Assembly: GCF_009914755.1 (NCBI RefSeq)
Contig: NC_060933.1
Source: the human T2T-CHM13v2.0 reference genome, Homo sapiens
DNA length: 64,000 nt
Direction: 5' to 3' (one strand)
Shown: one piece after another, positions 12,842-29,839 of the stretch
Layout: each line of letters begins with the position of its first letter
How positions within the stretch are numbered: the stretch's first letter is position 1
Program-made: the position numbers and the translations under genes
The notes under the pieces: model-generated
What the model was told of the DNA's origin: nothing
Database searches by the model: none
What the model saw: only the letters and a program-made list of their open reading frames with translations

Positions 12842-13112
12842 CTGGAAAGGAGACAGAGGAGAGGCTCTGAGCCTGGAAGGAGGGAGAGGAGAGGCTCTGA
12901 GCCTGGAAGGAGGGAGAGGAGAGGGTCTGAGCCTGGAAGGAGGGAGAGGAGAGGGTCTGAGCCTGGAAGGAGGGAGAGGAGAGGGTCTGAGCCTGGAAGG
13001 AGGAAGAGGAGAGGGTCTGAGCCTGGGAAGGGGGGAGAGGAGAGGCTCTGAGCCTGGAAGGAGGGAGAGGAGAGGGTCTGAGCCTGGGAAGGAGGGAGAG
13101 GAGAGGCTCTGA
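12841..13112. repeat. 30-31 bp minisatellite, 9 copies, at the 3' end of NINJ1 intron 3
   Basis: Unit gcctggaaggagggagaggagagg(g/c)tctga repeated head to tail. Confidence 0.97.
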
Positions 13113-13759
13113 GCCAGGCTGTGACAAGCCCCGAGTGTCAGGGCCATTTGCACACCCGGACTCAGGAAGGAGAAGAGCCTGATTCTGACATGAGAGGTGT
13201 CAAAGTACTCCATGCCTCAGTTTCCCCTCTGAAAATGGAATGAATATAGCATGGCTGGGTTACTGCCAGGACTTAGAGGCCTGGCCCAGCATGGGGGGCT
13301 CGGGTTGGGCAGCTGTGACCATAGCCACCCACGAAGCCTGAGACCTCTCTGACTGCTCCACGCAGGACACACAGCAGCTTTGGCCTCCGAGCCTCTGAGG
13401 ACAGCCTTAAGGTCCACTGCTGGGTCCCCACGTGGCCCACAGACGCAGCACCCTCTTCCCGGCAGGCAGATAACTCATGCTTGGGAGAGTTAGGGACTGC
13501 ATTCAGCACACACAGCAGGTGATTAATAAATGGCCTGGCCACATGCCCAAGCCAGGGAGCAGCTGACATCTAGGTGTTCTGGAAGAGGACAACTTAACTA
13601 CAAACTGGAGGCAGCATCTGGACAGTGACTCGGACCCCACATGGGGCCGCCCAGATCCAGGTCCTTTCAGAAGGGTGACTTCAGGCTCCACGGCCGGGAC
13701 ATTGGGGGCTGGCGTGATCCCACTGGGGGAATGGCCTTGGGTGTGGTAGGGGAGCTTGA

Positions 13760-15185
<1,426 letters not shown>

Positions 15186-15520
15186 CCAGAAATCTTTTTT
15201 TTTTTTATCGGACAGACATTCTGAATGTATAGAAATCTTACGTTTAAGTGAGTTCTCCAGGATGTTCAAATGGTGGCTCCTACACACATTCCATCTAAAC
15301 ACTGTGACCACAGGACCCCAGGTGGCCAGCACCAGTGGCAGGGCTGGCCTCAAGGCAGTGGCCAGGCATTGGCCTTGTAGGTGTGGACGAGGATGCCCAT
15401 GGCCTAGGAAGGTGTCCAAGGCTGGCCGGCCAGGGACTCACCACACTGCAAGAGCCTCCAACAGCGAGCAACCCCAGGACTGCAGGCCTCGCGCCCCATC
15501 TCCCAGCTCACCTGGGTGTC

Positions 15521-15675
15521 CTACTGCTGGGGTGCCATGTCCATCAAGGGCTTCTGGACCCCGAAGGCCGTGATGAAGATGTTGACTACCACGATGATGA
15601 ACACCAGGCCCGTGGCCAGGTTGTTGAGGAAGTCCAGCTTGGCGTGCTTGTCCGGGTTGTTAAGGTCGTACTTGA
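15521..15675 (-). CDS. NINJ1: NINJ1 exon 3, coding part (second TM helix and C-terminus); the exon continues to 15512
   Basis: Acceptor ctctctcgcccacag. Encodes (V)KYDLNNPDKHAKLDFLNNLATGLVFIIVVVNIFITAFGVQKPLMDMAPQQ then TAG. Nine UTR nt are followed by donor gtgagc at 15511. Total CDS is 459 nt = 152 aa. Confidence 0.98.
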
Positions 15676-16234
15676 CTGTGGGCGAGAGAGGAGTGGATGG
15701 TGCCAAGGGCAGCCCAGACGCAGCGCCCCAGCCTGGGACAGTGGAAGGGGACCCACCCCAGCGGTCAAGCTGTCCTGGGACATTACAGGGCTCTCAGTCG
15801 CATTTAGGATGAGTTTTGTCGCCCAGAGAAAAATACATCTGTTTTGCTGAAACATGGACAACAGCGCCCCTGGCTTGGGCAACCCCACGGTCTATGACCC
15901 CACCTTCTGTAGCCCCCATATTTTCCTTATACGAATTGAAGCTATGGACGTCAACCAAAGGCCAGGTTTGGGCAAATGCACTGAGCCCTTTGCGTGCCTT
16001 AATCTAGTGATTCCTGCCACAAGCTGCAGTTCTATTATGATGCCTGTTTTATAAGTGAGGCCCGGGAGGTTCAGCCACTTGCCCAAGGTTACGCAGCCAT
16101 GAAGGGGACCCTGGGCCCAGAAGGTAGGACTGGCATGACTGAGGCCATCTCATGGCATGGGTCAACAAGAACCCGGTGAAACACCTGCCCTAATGCCCAC
16201 AGGCCAGGCCCTGACCCCACTCTGTGCTCTTTCA

Positions 16235-17018
<784 letters not shown>

Positions 17019-17022
17019 CTAC

Positions 17023-17251
17023 CAAGGAAGATGAGCAGCACCCCCACGCCGATCTGCAGCACAAGGGAGATGGAGATGAGGACCACCAGGGGCACATAGA
17101 AGGCGAAGCTGGGGCCCTGTTCCACGACGGCCTTCAGCTGGGACGCGTTGGCCATCAGCAGCGCGATGTCCAGCATGCTCTCGGCTGCGCTCTTCTTGCT
17201 GGCGTAATGGTTCACGTTGATGGGCCCGTGCCTCCAGCCCCAGCGGGCCGG
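17023..17251 (-). CDS. NINJ1: NINJ1 exon 2 (adhesion motif, amphipathic helices, first TM helix)
   Basis: Acceptor ttcccctccctgcag, donor gtaggt. The 229 nt encode [76 protein letters not shown], the ninjurin signature, with an N60 sequon (NAS). Confidence 0.98.
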
Positions 17252-20200
17252 CTGCAGGGAGGGGAATGGTCAGCAAGGCGGGTGGGGGAGGGGGGCAAGG
17301 GCTGTGCCTGAGTCGGGCTCTGGGGGTCACCGGGCCCTGCAGGTGAGGGCTTCCCTTGCCCCCACCCCTGGTAAGTGCTCAGACAGAAGTGCTTATTACC
17401 CTAAGGAGAGGCTGCGAGCATGTGCTCAGCCTTTATAAAACCTCCCCTAGGAATACGGTCCTGGAGAGAAAGGAAACGACATAGCAACCTTAGCACACGC
17501 ACTCTGATTTTCCACTGGAAAGCATTGCCCGATCCTCCCCCTCCTGCCATAGGCGGGGCTGCTCCTCCCTGCCTGCCCCTACCGGTCTGTGCCCCCGGCC
17601 TCCTCTCCCCCTCCCCTCAGAGTCTGAGCTCCTGATGCCAGGAAAGGAAGTGACGTGTGGGCGGACAGATCTGTGCACACCGGCCCAGGCAAGAAGCAAG
17701 TCCTCCTGGGCCGGACCTAAGGGCAGAGATCGCCCCTGCCACCTCCCAACCTCCCAGCCTTGGGGCCCAACAGGCCACTCGCCTCCAGGCCTCAGCACAG
17801 GCCTTGCAGAACTATTCGGCCATTAGCAGCAAGACTTCACTGAGGTGGGCCACCCAGAGCCCGGCCCCGACACAGCAGAGGCTCAACAGATGCCTCAGCA
17901 TACGACATACAGTGGAGCTTAGCTTCCACATTACTTCCCAGAGTAATAAAATGGGAATGCGAGTTCTGATGGAATCCTCTTTGCCTTAGGGGCCTATCTG
18001 GTCAGGGCCCCCTGCAGTTCTCTCGAAGCCCCCAATGCCTTTCCCTGGTGCCAGACACTCTCAAGCTCCAAGGCCCCACACAGAGGCCACTGCTTCCAGG
18101 AAGCCTCCCAGGACTTCCCCTGGCAGGACATGGCCCTCTCTCCTGCCACAGGAAGGTCCTCTCTAGGGCTGGCCCTTCATTCCAAGCTAAGTACCAAACT
18201 TCCTCTTTCTCTGGAGCAAGAGTCTGCCCCTCTCAAGCTGCCCTGGTGGGGCCCTCTTCAGTCACTCAGGACAAACCTGCCAGCCCCTTGGCCCGGCCCT
18301 TTGTCCACAGGCGCCCCTGAGTTGCCAGGCCCTAGACCACAGCCTCCCAGGACTGGTCACCTGCTTGGAGGCAGCTGTGAGAACCCACTGCTGGCAGCCA
18401 ACCTCCTGGGGCCCTCTCTGGGAGATCCTGTTTCCAGACTCATGAAAGATGCAGGCCGGGAGGCCGGGGTGCCGCAGGGCCACAGGGAGGGGTGGACATG
18501 GTATCCATCCAGGCCTCGACTTTCTGCAGGCTGGAAAAATACACGAGGCAGCCAATACAGAACCAGCAGAGGGCAGGGGCCTTGCTTTCATGCTGCGTGT
18601 TTTTCAGTTTCATCTAAAATTATGTGCCCAGGAGGAAGAGAGTGGGCGTCAGGGGACACTGGTGGGCTCTGCTGCTTACACCTGGGCCTGGGAATTCCAA
18701 CAACCTGCCTTCAGCATCAGCTGCTCTCTAAGTAGCAAGTTCACGTGGACACATGTGCGCACAGGGACAGCCGCCTTTACCTGGGCCACCCAGCAGCGCT
18801 GTCCCTGGGGCCCTGGTGTGCTCTCGGGTCACTCCATGCATACCCCGAAGCCTCTATGGGGTGTCTACTTTGCCTCTCCCACCCTGGGCCTGACGCTGCA
18901 CTCCCTGGGATTCCCCCAGGCCCCAGCACAGCCAGGGCACTCACCAAGTGAGAGGCTGTGTTCCTCTCCCATTCTACAGACCAGCAGATTGCAGCTTGGA
19001 GGAGGTTTGCCCAGAGCCACCTCCCAGGACTGTGTGTCCCTGTCCCACCACTGTCCACTTAGGGGCTTCCTCCCAGGCTGCCCAGGGTCTGGGTGAGGAC
19101 AGCCCGGACACAAGGGCCTGTGCCTGGCACTGAGGTCGTCTCCAGTTCTGCTCTTGCGAAGCTGCCCAGTGGGCCACACCCCATCACACGTGTGCTCCGC
19201 AAGGTGCAGTGTCCCAGGGGCTGCTGGCCACAGTGGGCATGTGCTCCTAAGTTTCACAAACCTCAAGTGCCAAAGTGCCTTCCTTCAAGGCCACCCTTAT
19301 GCTCATTCGGGTCTCCATCCCAGGACTTGGTGCTGGGAGAAGGCCAAGTGCAGACCCCGTGAGGATTTCCACCTTCTGGGGGCATCTACACATATATGTG
19401 CGTGTTCCTAGTCACAAAAGCACAGAAACACACATCCCCCAGAAAGACACACATAGACGTGAGACACACATGTGCACACAATACGCACACACAAATACAC
19501 ATGCACATACATACATATGCACACGTACATAAACAGACACACAAGCCCAGGCTAACTGTGTTGGCCTCTGGGCAGGAGGAAGAATTCCCTTTTTTTCTGA
19601 GCTCTGCAGAACCATTTAAATATTTCACAGCCATGCAGTCACGAGGAACACTCAGATCCATTAAAAAGCACCATCCGCGCAGAGCCTCCAGCTCCCCAAG
19701 CCTCAGCTCTCAGCACCCCCAGCCACGAGGAGCCTGTGCCCCTGCTGTCCTCATGCCCACTTAAGGTGGGTAAACTGAAGCCCAGCAAAGGCGTTCCTTA
19801 CCCAAAGCCACATAGCAAGTGAGGGCTTGGCTAGGATTTGAACCCAGGCCCCGGGGCTCAGAAGCTCTGGTAGCTGATGCCATTGTCCCTTAGGGGCTGA
19901 ACTCTCAATGGCTCCCTGCTTCAGGCTCCAGCTGTGTCCGGACAACTAGCCCCACTTTGTGCCTCAGTCTTCCATGTGTACCACGAGGCTGTGGAGCAGA
20001 TGCCCCAGGATGGCCTCTGAGCCCCGAGTGGCCAGCAAATGCCCTGACCATGCACCCCTGCTGGTGAAGGGCACTTCCAGCCCATCCGGCCATCTGCTTC
20101 CTGTCCAACCTGCAGCTAGGGAAGCTTCTGCATGCAGGTCAAGCCCTGGCTCACCACAGCCCAGCCCGTGGCCCTGACGCAAGCTCCCCCTCCGTTGGCC

Positions 20201-23200
20201 TCAGTCTCCCCCTCCGTATATCTAGGGTTGCACCTGGGAAACTCCTGCTTACCAAGGGAGAGGCTGTGTTCCTCTCCCATTCTACAGACCAGCAGATTGC
20301 AGCTCAGAGGAGGTTTTCCCAGAGCCACCTCCCAGGACTGTGTGTCCCAAAGCATAGGGCTGCCCCAGGATACAGCATAGCTGGCAACCACCCCAGGCAG
20401 CAGGCCACATTGGGAGCATCATGTGGAGGGGAGGGCAGCAGGGACAGTCTGCTTCCCTGTCCCTAACCTTGGTACTCTGGGCCTTGGAGCCCTGAGCTGA
20501 CCACCACACAGGAGGGTCCCAGGGAGGACGATCCCACTCTCCCCCAGTCCTGGGCACTTGCCTCTATCTTGGGATGGGCCTGAGGGTGGCCGGGGGACCC
20601 AGCTACCACAGGTGAGGGAGCCCTGTGGTCCTGACCAGCCAGCAGGAGCTGCCAGGAGCTAAGCCCTGCTGAGACCAGTGCCCATGGCTTGGGCAGGGCA
20701 GGGAATAAACACCCTGGTTAATAGATTCCCAGAACCTCAGCAGCACTCGGGGCCTGGGGCCAGGCCAGATATTTTTCCTCTGAAAGCTAGGAGGGAGGCT
20801 TGGTGAGGAGGTCAGCTCTGTGTAGGGGCGTGGCTGGCTCCTCATGCAACCTTCTGTGGACGGTCGGCCTCCCCACTGCAGGCTGCACATGTTGGGGCTG
20901 GGCCACACGGTCGGTCCTAGGGCCACTTCAGTGAGCATCCTCAGCTCAGGCAGGAGGGGCTGGCACAGAAGTGGGATATGAACCAGGCTTGCTGCATCCA
21001 CCGGCCTGGCTCTGGCCATAGCATAATGGGTGTTCTGGCTCACCCAGGGCTTGGATGGGAGGAGACAGGGTCGGGGCTGTGGGCCCACAAATGTGGTGAT
21101 GCATATCAGTCGCCCTTTCCAGGGGCCTGTGAGGAGTAGGGCTGGAAGCTGCCACAGCACCTCCTTTACCCCCCGAGTCCTGCCTCAACACTGACCACTC
21201 TATGCCTCAGTTTCCTCATTTGTAAAATGGGTAGACAAGGATGTGGAGGGGACTGAATGGGGTGGTCTCAGATGCCCCGTGGCTGGTGGAGCGCATGGCA
21301 GTGGGTGGCAGGGCTGTTTTCCTTGATGCCTGGCTCTCACTGTTTTGAAAGACTCTGCCTCCCCGACCAACTCCACTGACTCAAAAGCAGCTGAACAGGC
21401 TCACAAAACAGTCACACAGCAAAGAAAGGACAGCCTGGGGCACGGGTTCTCCTGTGCTGAGCAGGACCCAGGGGGACAACAGGGACGAGGTGCCTGCCCT
21501 GGGTGCCTGGGGGGTCCCAGTCTACACCTTGGCTGCTCGCAGCCTGTCCTGCTCACTGGCCCTAACCCTTGGACTCAGCAGGCATTGGCAGATGGTGGGG
21601 CGACCTGAAAATCAGGCACCCCTCTTCTACCCCACCATATGCTAGGACCTGCCTGGGGCTTCCGGCATCCCTTGTCTGACCCACCAGTGTGGGCATGAGC
21701 TGCTGTGCCCATTCCCCAGATGCCACACAGACAGGCAGGGCCTGGCACTGGAGCCCTGCACCGTCTCCTACCGGCCAGCCCAGGAAGCAGGCCCTGAGAG
21801 GGTCTCCCAGCTCCATGTCTGTGTTCCTGGCAGGAAACCCCAGCAAGACAGCAGGAAGTGCTGGAAGGCGGGGTTCCCACCACAGCTGGGCCAGGCAGAC
21901 CCACTTCCCGCGGACTCAGCACTGGCCACGAGTGGCCCTGAGACCATGTTAGGGTTGCCTTTTAGAACTTGGCCCAGACCCTGCCGGCCTCAGGATCTGC
22001 CAGGAAAGCGGAAATGAGGAAACGAGCAAACCTCCTCCTGGGCAGCTGAGGCCATGCACGGCCCAGACGGCAGGTATACAGGGCACAGCTACCTACCTCC
22101 AAGGACCATGCCTCTCGGCCCAGATGTGGCCCCAGGAACCTTCAACCTGCGGGCTGTGAGGGGCAGGAAGGTGTGGCTGGCACCAGATGGCCGTGTCCTA
22201 ACCCCATCCCCACCACCTCCCTGCCTTGAGACACCCTGGGGATAACAGATTCAGGCCATTTTCACATTAACATTGTTGTTTACTATTCCTTCTGCTGACA
22301 GCCACAAGTGAGCTGACTCAATCCCTGGACACTGATGGGGGCCCTCACATGAAGGGCCACAGGGGCGCAGGGCACACGGGGTGGGGGAGACCTGAGAGCT
22401 TCCCACGGCCGTGGCCCAACAGAGCCCACCCAGGTTGGAGTTCCACGTGTGGCTCCTCCCTGAGCCTTGTCCACCCTGGGAGGTGAGCAGTTGTGCCCCA
22501 TTTTACAGAAAAGGAAACTGAGACTCTCCATTTTACAGAAAAGGAAACTGAGGGAGCTGGGCAAAGCGCTGCCCTCTCCAAACCACTGCCAGGGGTCACC
22601 AGTGGGAGAGGGTCTCCGTGGCAGGCAGAAGGATGAGGGCGCTGAGTGCTGGCCTGGCTCTAAGCACTTCATATACATCAGCTACTGAGTCCTCACCACT
22701 CTCTATGGCAGGCACCGCGACCACACCCATTTCACAGATGAGAAACTGAGGCACAGAGTGCTGACATGATGTGCCCAAGAAACGGAGAAGCAAGGTCTTG
22801 AGGTTGGGAAGAGGAACAGGTGTGTTGGGTGGTCCTGGGCCCCCAGGCTGGGTGAGCAGAGCGGCCCTCGAAGTTTTCTACCCCTCAAGGGGAAATGTGC
22901 TCATCCTCACACTGGCTCATAGCCTTTCCACAGCTCCCTGGACACCAGACCGTGATCAGGCCTGCAAGGTCCCTCCCATCGGCCTGGCTTCCCATCCCCC
23001 CACCTCCTACCTGGCCCTCATGTGCTCTGTGGTCCAGCCTCTGAGCCTTTGCTCCCACTGTTCCCTCTGCCTAGATGCCCTTCCACACATCTCAGAGAGC
23101 CAGATCTGCTCACCCACCTTCCCTGCCCTCCAGGGCTCAGAGCCAATGTCCCCACCTCCACAGAAAGCCTTCCCTGACCACCATGCCCCGCCCCCCACGA

Positions 23201-24329
23201 TGGGCTCCCAGCCCCTAGGGAACCCCCTGCTTTGCCCTGGCCTCTCCTGCCCTGTCTGGGCTGGGCTGCTCTCCAACCGCGGCTTGGTGGGGCGGGGCTG
23301 TGTCTCTCTCCCTCTGGTGCCCAGAGCCAAGACAGTGATCCGGGAACAAATCCAACCCAATCTCCTCTGGGCTTGAGATGCACCCATCTCAGGAGGCACA
23401 GCCTATCCTGCCGCCCGCAGAAGTGAGCAGAGACTGCTCTGAGTGGAGGGCATTGCCCGGGCAAGGTCAGGGTTGGGGGAGGAGCAGTATCCCTTCCTTT
23501 CCAAGGCGCTTCCAAGCCACTGACCTGTTTATTACCTGACTTGCTTTCCCCACTTCCCTGAAGGCAGGAGAGACCCTTTGTTCTCTCTTTATAAGACCAT
23601 GTCTAAAAGGCCCAGCGAGGTGTGGCAACTTCCCAAGGACACACAGCCGGAGGAGCCCCCTGCCTATTGCTCCAAAGTGCTCACACACTGGGGCAGGGCC
23701 AGGTCGCTGGGGTCCCGCACACCGGTCAAGTCCTGCAGTGTGACAGCTCCTCTCTAACCTAGGAACAAGTGTCCATGCAGCCCCAGGGCCATCCTATCCC
23801 GTGGCTCATGGGGCCCCGCCTCCCCGAACATGTCCTGTCCCCACAGCACCGGCCTAGGACTGTTCACCAGCGAGTGGGCAGAGTGTCTTTGCCCCAGTCT
23901 GGTCCACGCCATGGAGAGGCCTGGAAAAACCCAACAGGCTGCTGTTCCCTGCCCCCATCCCTGAGGGGGTTAGAAAAGGAAAGAATGTTCAAAGTAAACA
24001 AGTCACCAGAGGGCCATGCCAGGACCTTGCAACAAACACAAGGTGCTCAGTAAGTGCTGAGTCCTGGGATGAAGAATTCTGAAGCGGGACCACTACCAGG
24101 GCCTGCCCCCTGCCCACAGCCCTCCTAGGCCGGGCAGGGCAAGTTCTGGAGGGCCGGTGGGGGCATACACTGAAGGCTGTGTGACGTTTCTATTTCTCAA
24201 GGCAGGTGAGTGGAATAGGGACCACAGCGGGCCCCAAGTTCCCCCATCAAGGCACGCATCAGATTGTGTGGTCAGCGTGGGGTGACGTAACTGTCTGCAT
24301 GCAGCTGGTCTGGAGCCCGGAGGCTGTGA

Positions 24330-25350
24330 CTCCCCTCCGCCCGCCTCCGGGCAAAGTGCGCGGAGGAGCCGGCACGGCGAGGCTGAAGTTAGAGAGGCCC
24401 GCGCGAGAGTGGGGGGGGAGGTCGGGAAAACCGGGCGCCGGCAGTCCTTAGCCCGAGGAGCTGCGCCGAGGCCCCCTCCGCCGTGCAGCCAAGCGCGGGC
24501 GCTGCTTAGTGGGGCTGGGGACGCCAGCCCGCCCTGCGCCCCCACGCCCCCTCGTCCCGCCCACTTGCCGGGGGTGGCTGGAGCTCCCGGGGGCATCGTT
24601 CTGACCCTGATGGGGCGGGAAGGACTTGGCCTAGAGCGGGACGTCCCCCAACACTCTGCAGTGCGGACGCGGCGCACACAGGTGCCCGGGGAGCCGCGGC
24701 GCCCCGAAAGGACAGGGCCTGGCAAGATCATGCAGCGGTGGGGGGAAGGTCTTACCGAGGCGTCCGGGGAGCCGGGTGTGCCCGGAGGCAGGCCGCCGTT
24801 GAGCTCGTACTCCTCGGTTCCCGAGTCCATGGTGCGGCCGCCCAGGCCGCCAGGATCCGGGCCTGAGCGCGCCCGAGCCTCAGCCGCAGGCTCCAGCTGC
24901 GCGCCCGCCCCCGGCCCGCCCCCGGCCCGCCCCCGGCCCGCCCGGCGGCGAGCTGCTGCCCCAGACTCCGCCTCCACCCGGGGCGGGCCCGGGGCCTGGA
25001 GGCTGTACGCTGAGAGCGCGCAGTTTGGGGCGACCCCAACCCCTCGGGCCTGAGACGGTCCCGCGGGGCCCCACAAGGGAGGGGGCGCGACGCCGATGGC
25101 CCCAGAGGACCCTGCGCTGCGTCTTGCTCTGAACCTCCGTCGCGGACACTTTTAATCCACAAAATGAGGCCAAGAACGACCTTTCCCTGGCCACCAGGCA
25201 AACTGCATGAAAGCGAGCGGGCGTTGCCGCTGGCGCCCACGCTGGGTTTTTCCCAGGCGGGGTTCGCCCTGGGAACCGCAGATCGCTCCAGCACAGCGCC
25301 TGCTGCGCCCCTAGTAACAGCGTCAGAGAGTCCGGGGTTCCCCTGATTGC
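24330..25350 (-). promoter_or_regulatory. NINJ1: NINJ1 CpG-island promoter with no obvious TATA box and tandem GC boxes; TSS probably near 24900
   Basis: Very high GC and CpG density around exon 1. Repeated GGGGCGGGC boxes at 24903-24943. A kB-consensus GGGGTTCCCC lies at 25334-25343 and an AP-1 TGACTCA at 25474-25480. Confidence 0.88.
24756..24830 (-). CDS. NINJ1: NINJ1 (ninjurin-1) exon 1, coding part
   Basis: Strong Kozak context cgcaccATGG. The 75 nt encode MDSGTEEYELNGGLPPGTPGSPDAS. Donor gtaaga starts at 24755. Confidence 0.97.
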
Positions 25351-26322
25351 GGGCCACGCTGACACAGGGCTTCCCACTCCCTGACCTTAGGTTTTCCTGC
25401 CTGGGAAATGGGGGTTATGAGGGCACAGACTGCTGGAGGGGCTGGGGGAGGCACAAAGGGGATGAACGTGCGCTGACTCATGGGCCCATCTGTGCCACCT
25501 GTGGCAGGGGGTGGGCTGGGGGCAGCACAGTGCCCAGAGCCCTGGCCAGATGCTAGGCGGGCCCCCACCTGTTGTATGATTGAAGTGGTTGTTTGGTCTC
25601 TGTTTCTCCATATGTTCATTCCTCAGCACTTTGCCCATCTGGGGGCCTGGGGGTCGAGAGCATGTGGCGGCCACCCTGGGAGGCCAGGGGAGTTCATCCT
25701 GACCACAGCATAGTCAGCTTGCGGCAGTATGGCCACTCTATTTCCAGAAGGGCAGTGGAAGGAAGGCCAGCTCAGACCCCAGGCTCTGTCCAGTCAGGCT
25801 GCCACCGGGACAGGAGGTAGGAGTGAGTGGGCATGGGCAGGGCAGCAGGATTGCGCTTGCCCTGATCCTCCAAACGGGGTCATCCCATGAAGGAGGAGCT
25901 GTCGTTGGCCCACTTCACAGCAGAGAAACTGAGGCTCAGGCTGTCACTGCCCCAGCTCTGCCTCAGAGGGGATCTGCAGGACAGGGTCTGGCACGGTGGC
26001 CCACGACGGGGATGGTTGCTGTTGTCCTCGCATAATCAGGGCACTGTTGGCACACCTGAGTGTTCACCAGCAGCTGGAAATCCAGCACCATTCACACAAA
26101 AAACTCTCTCACAGTATGGGACAAATCCCTATTCTGGGGGATAGTGCCTGCCCACGAGGGCTCAATTCCTGGAGGGGCAGGAGGTGTGGGACCACAGAGA
26201 AAATACGTCACACCCAGAAAGGGCCCTGGGAGCTGCAGGGGAGCCCTGAGACCTTGGAAGGCCAAGGGCGTGTAGAGAGGCCCCGAGGTAGGAGGGCTTG
26301 GCAGGTGGAGACCCCGTCCTGA

Positions 26323-29839
<3,517 letters not shown>

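Noticed and set aside
12842-13213. Repetitive ORF segments (QAQTLSSPSF)n, (EGLSLEGGRG)n and (RLRPSPLPPS)n
   Set aside because: These are translations of the intronic 30-bp minisatellite. It is also not a CRISPR array, because there are no unique spacers.
22498-22552. 25-bp tandem duplication in a MIR fragment; similar short duplications inside Alus at ~48530, ~49895 and ~51580
   Set aside because: Ordinary slippage events with no evident function.
24093-25076. 327-aa ORF spanning NINJ1 exon 1, plus overlapping ORFs of about 200 aa
   Set aside because: CpG-island stop depletion. Only 24830-24756 is supported by a Kozak context, a donor site and homology.
25303-25320. CTCF-like ACTAGGGGCGC near the NINJ1 promoter; similar partial matches at ~10372 and ~11889
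   Set aside because: Core spacing or 5' half mismatched. Such matches are expected by chance in GC-rich DNA.
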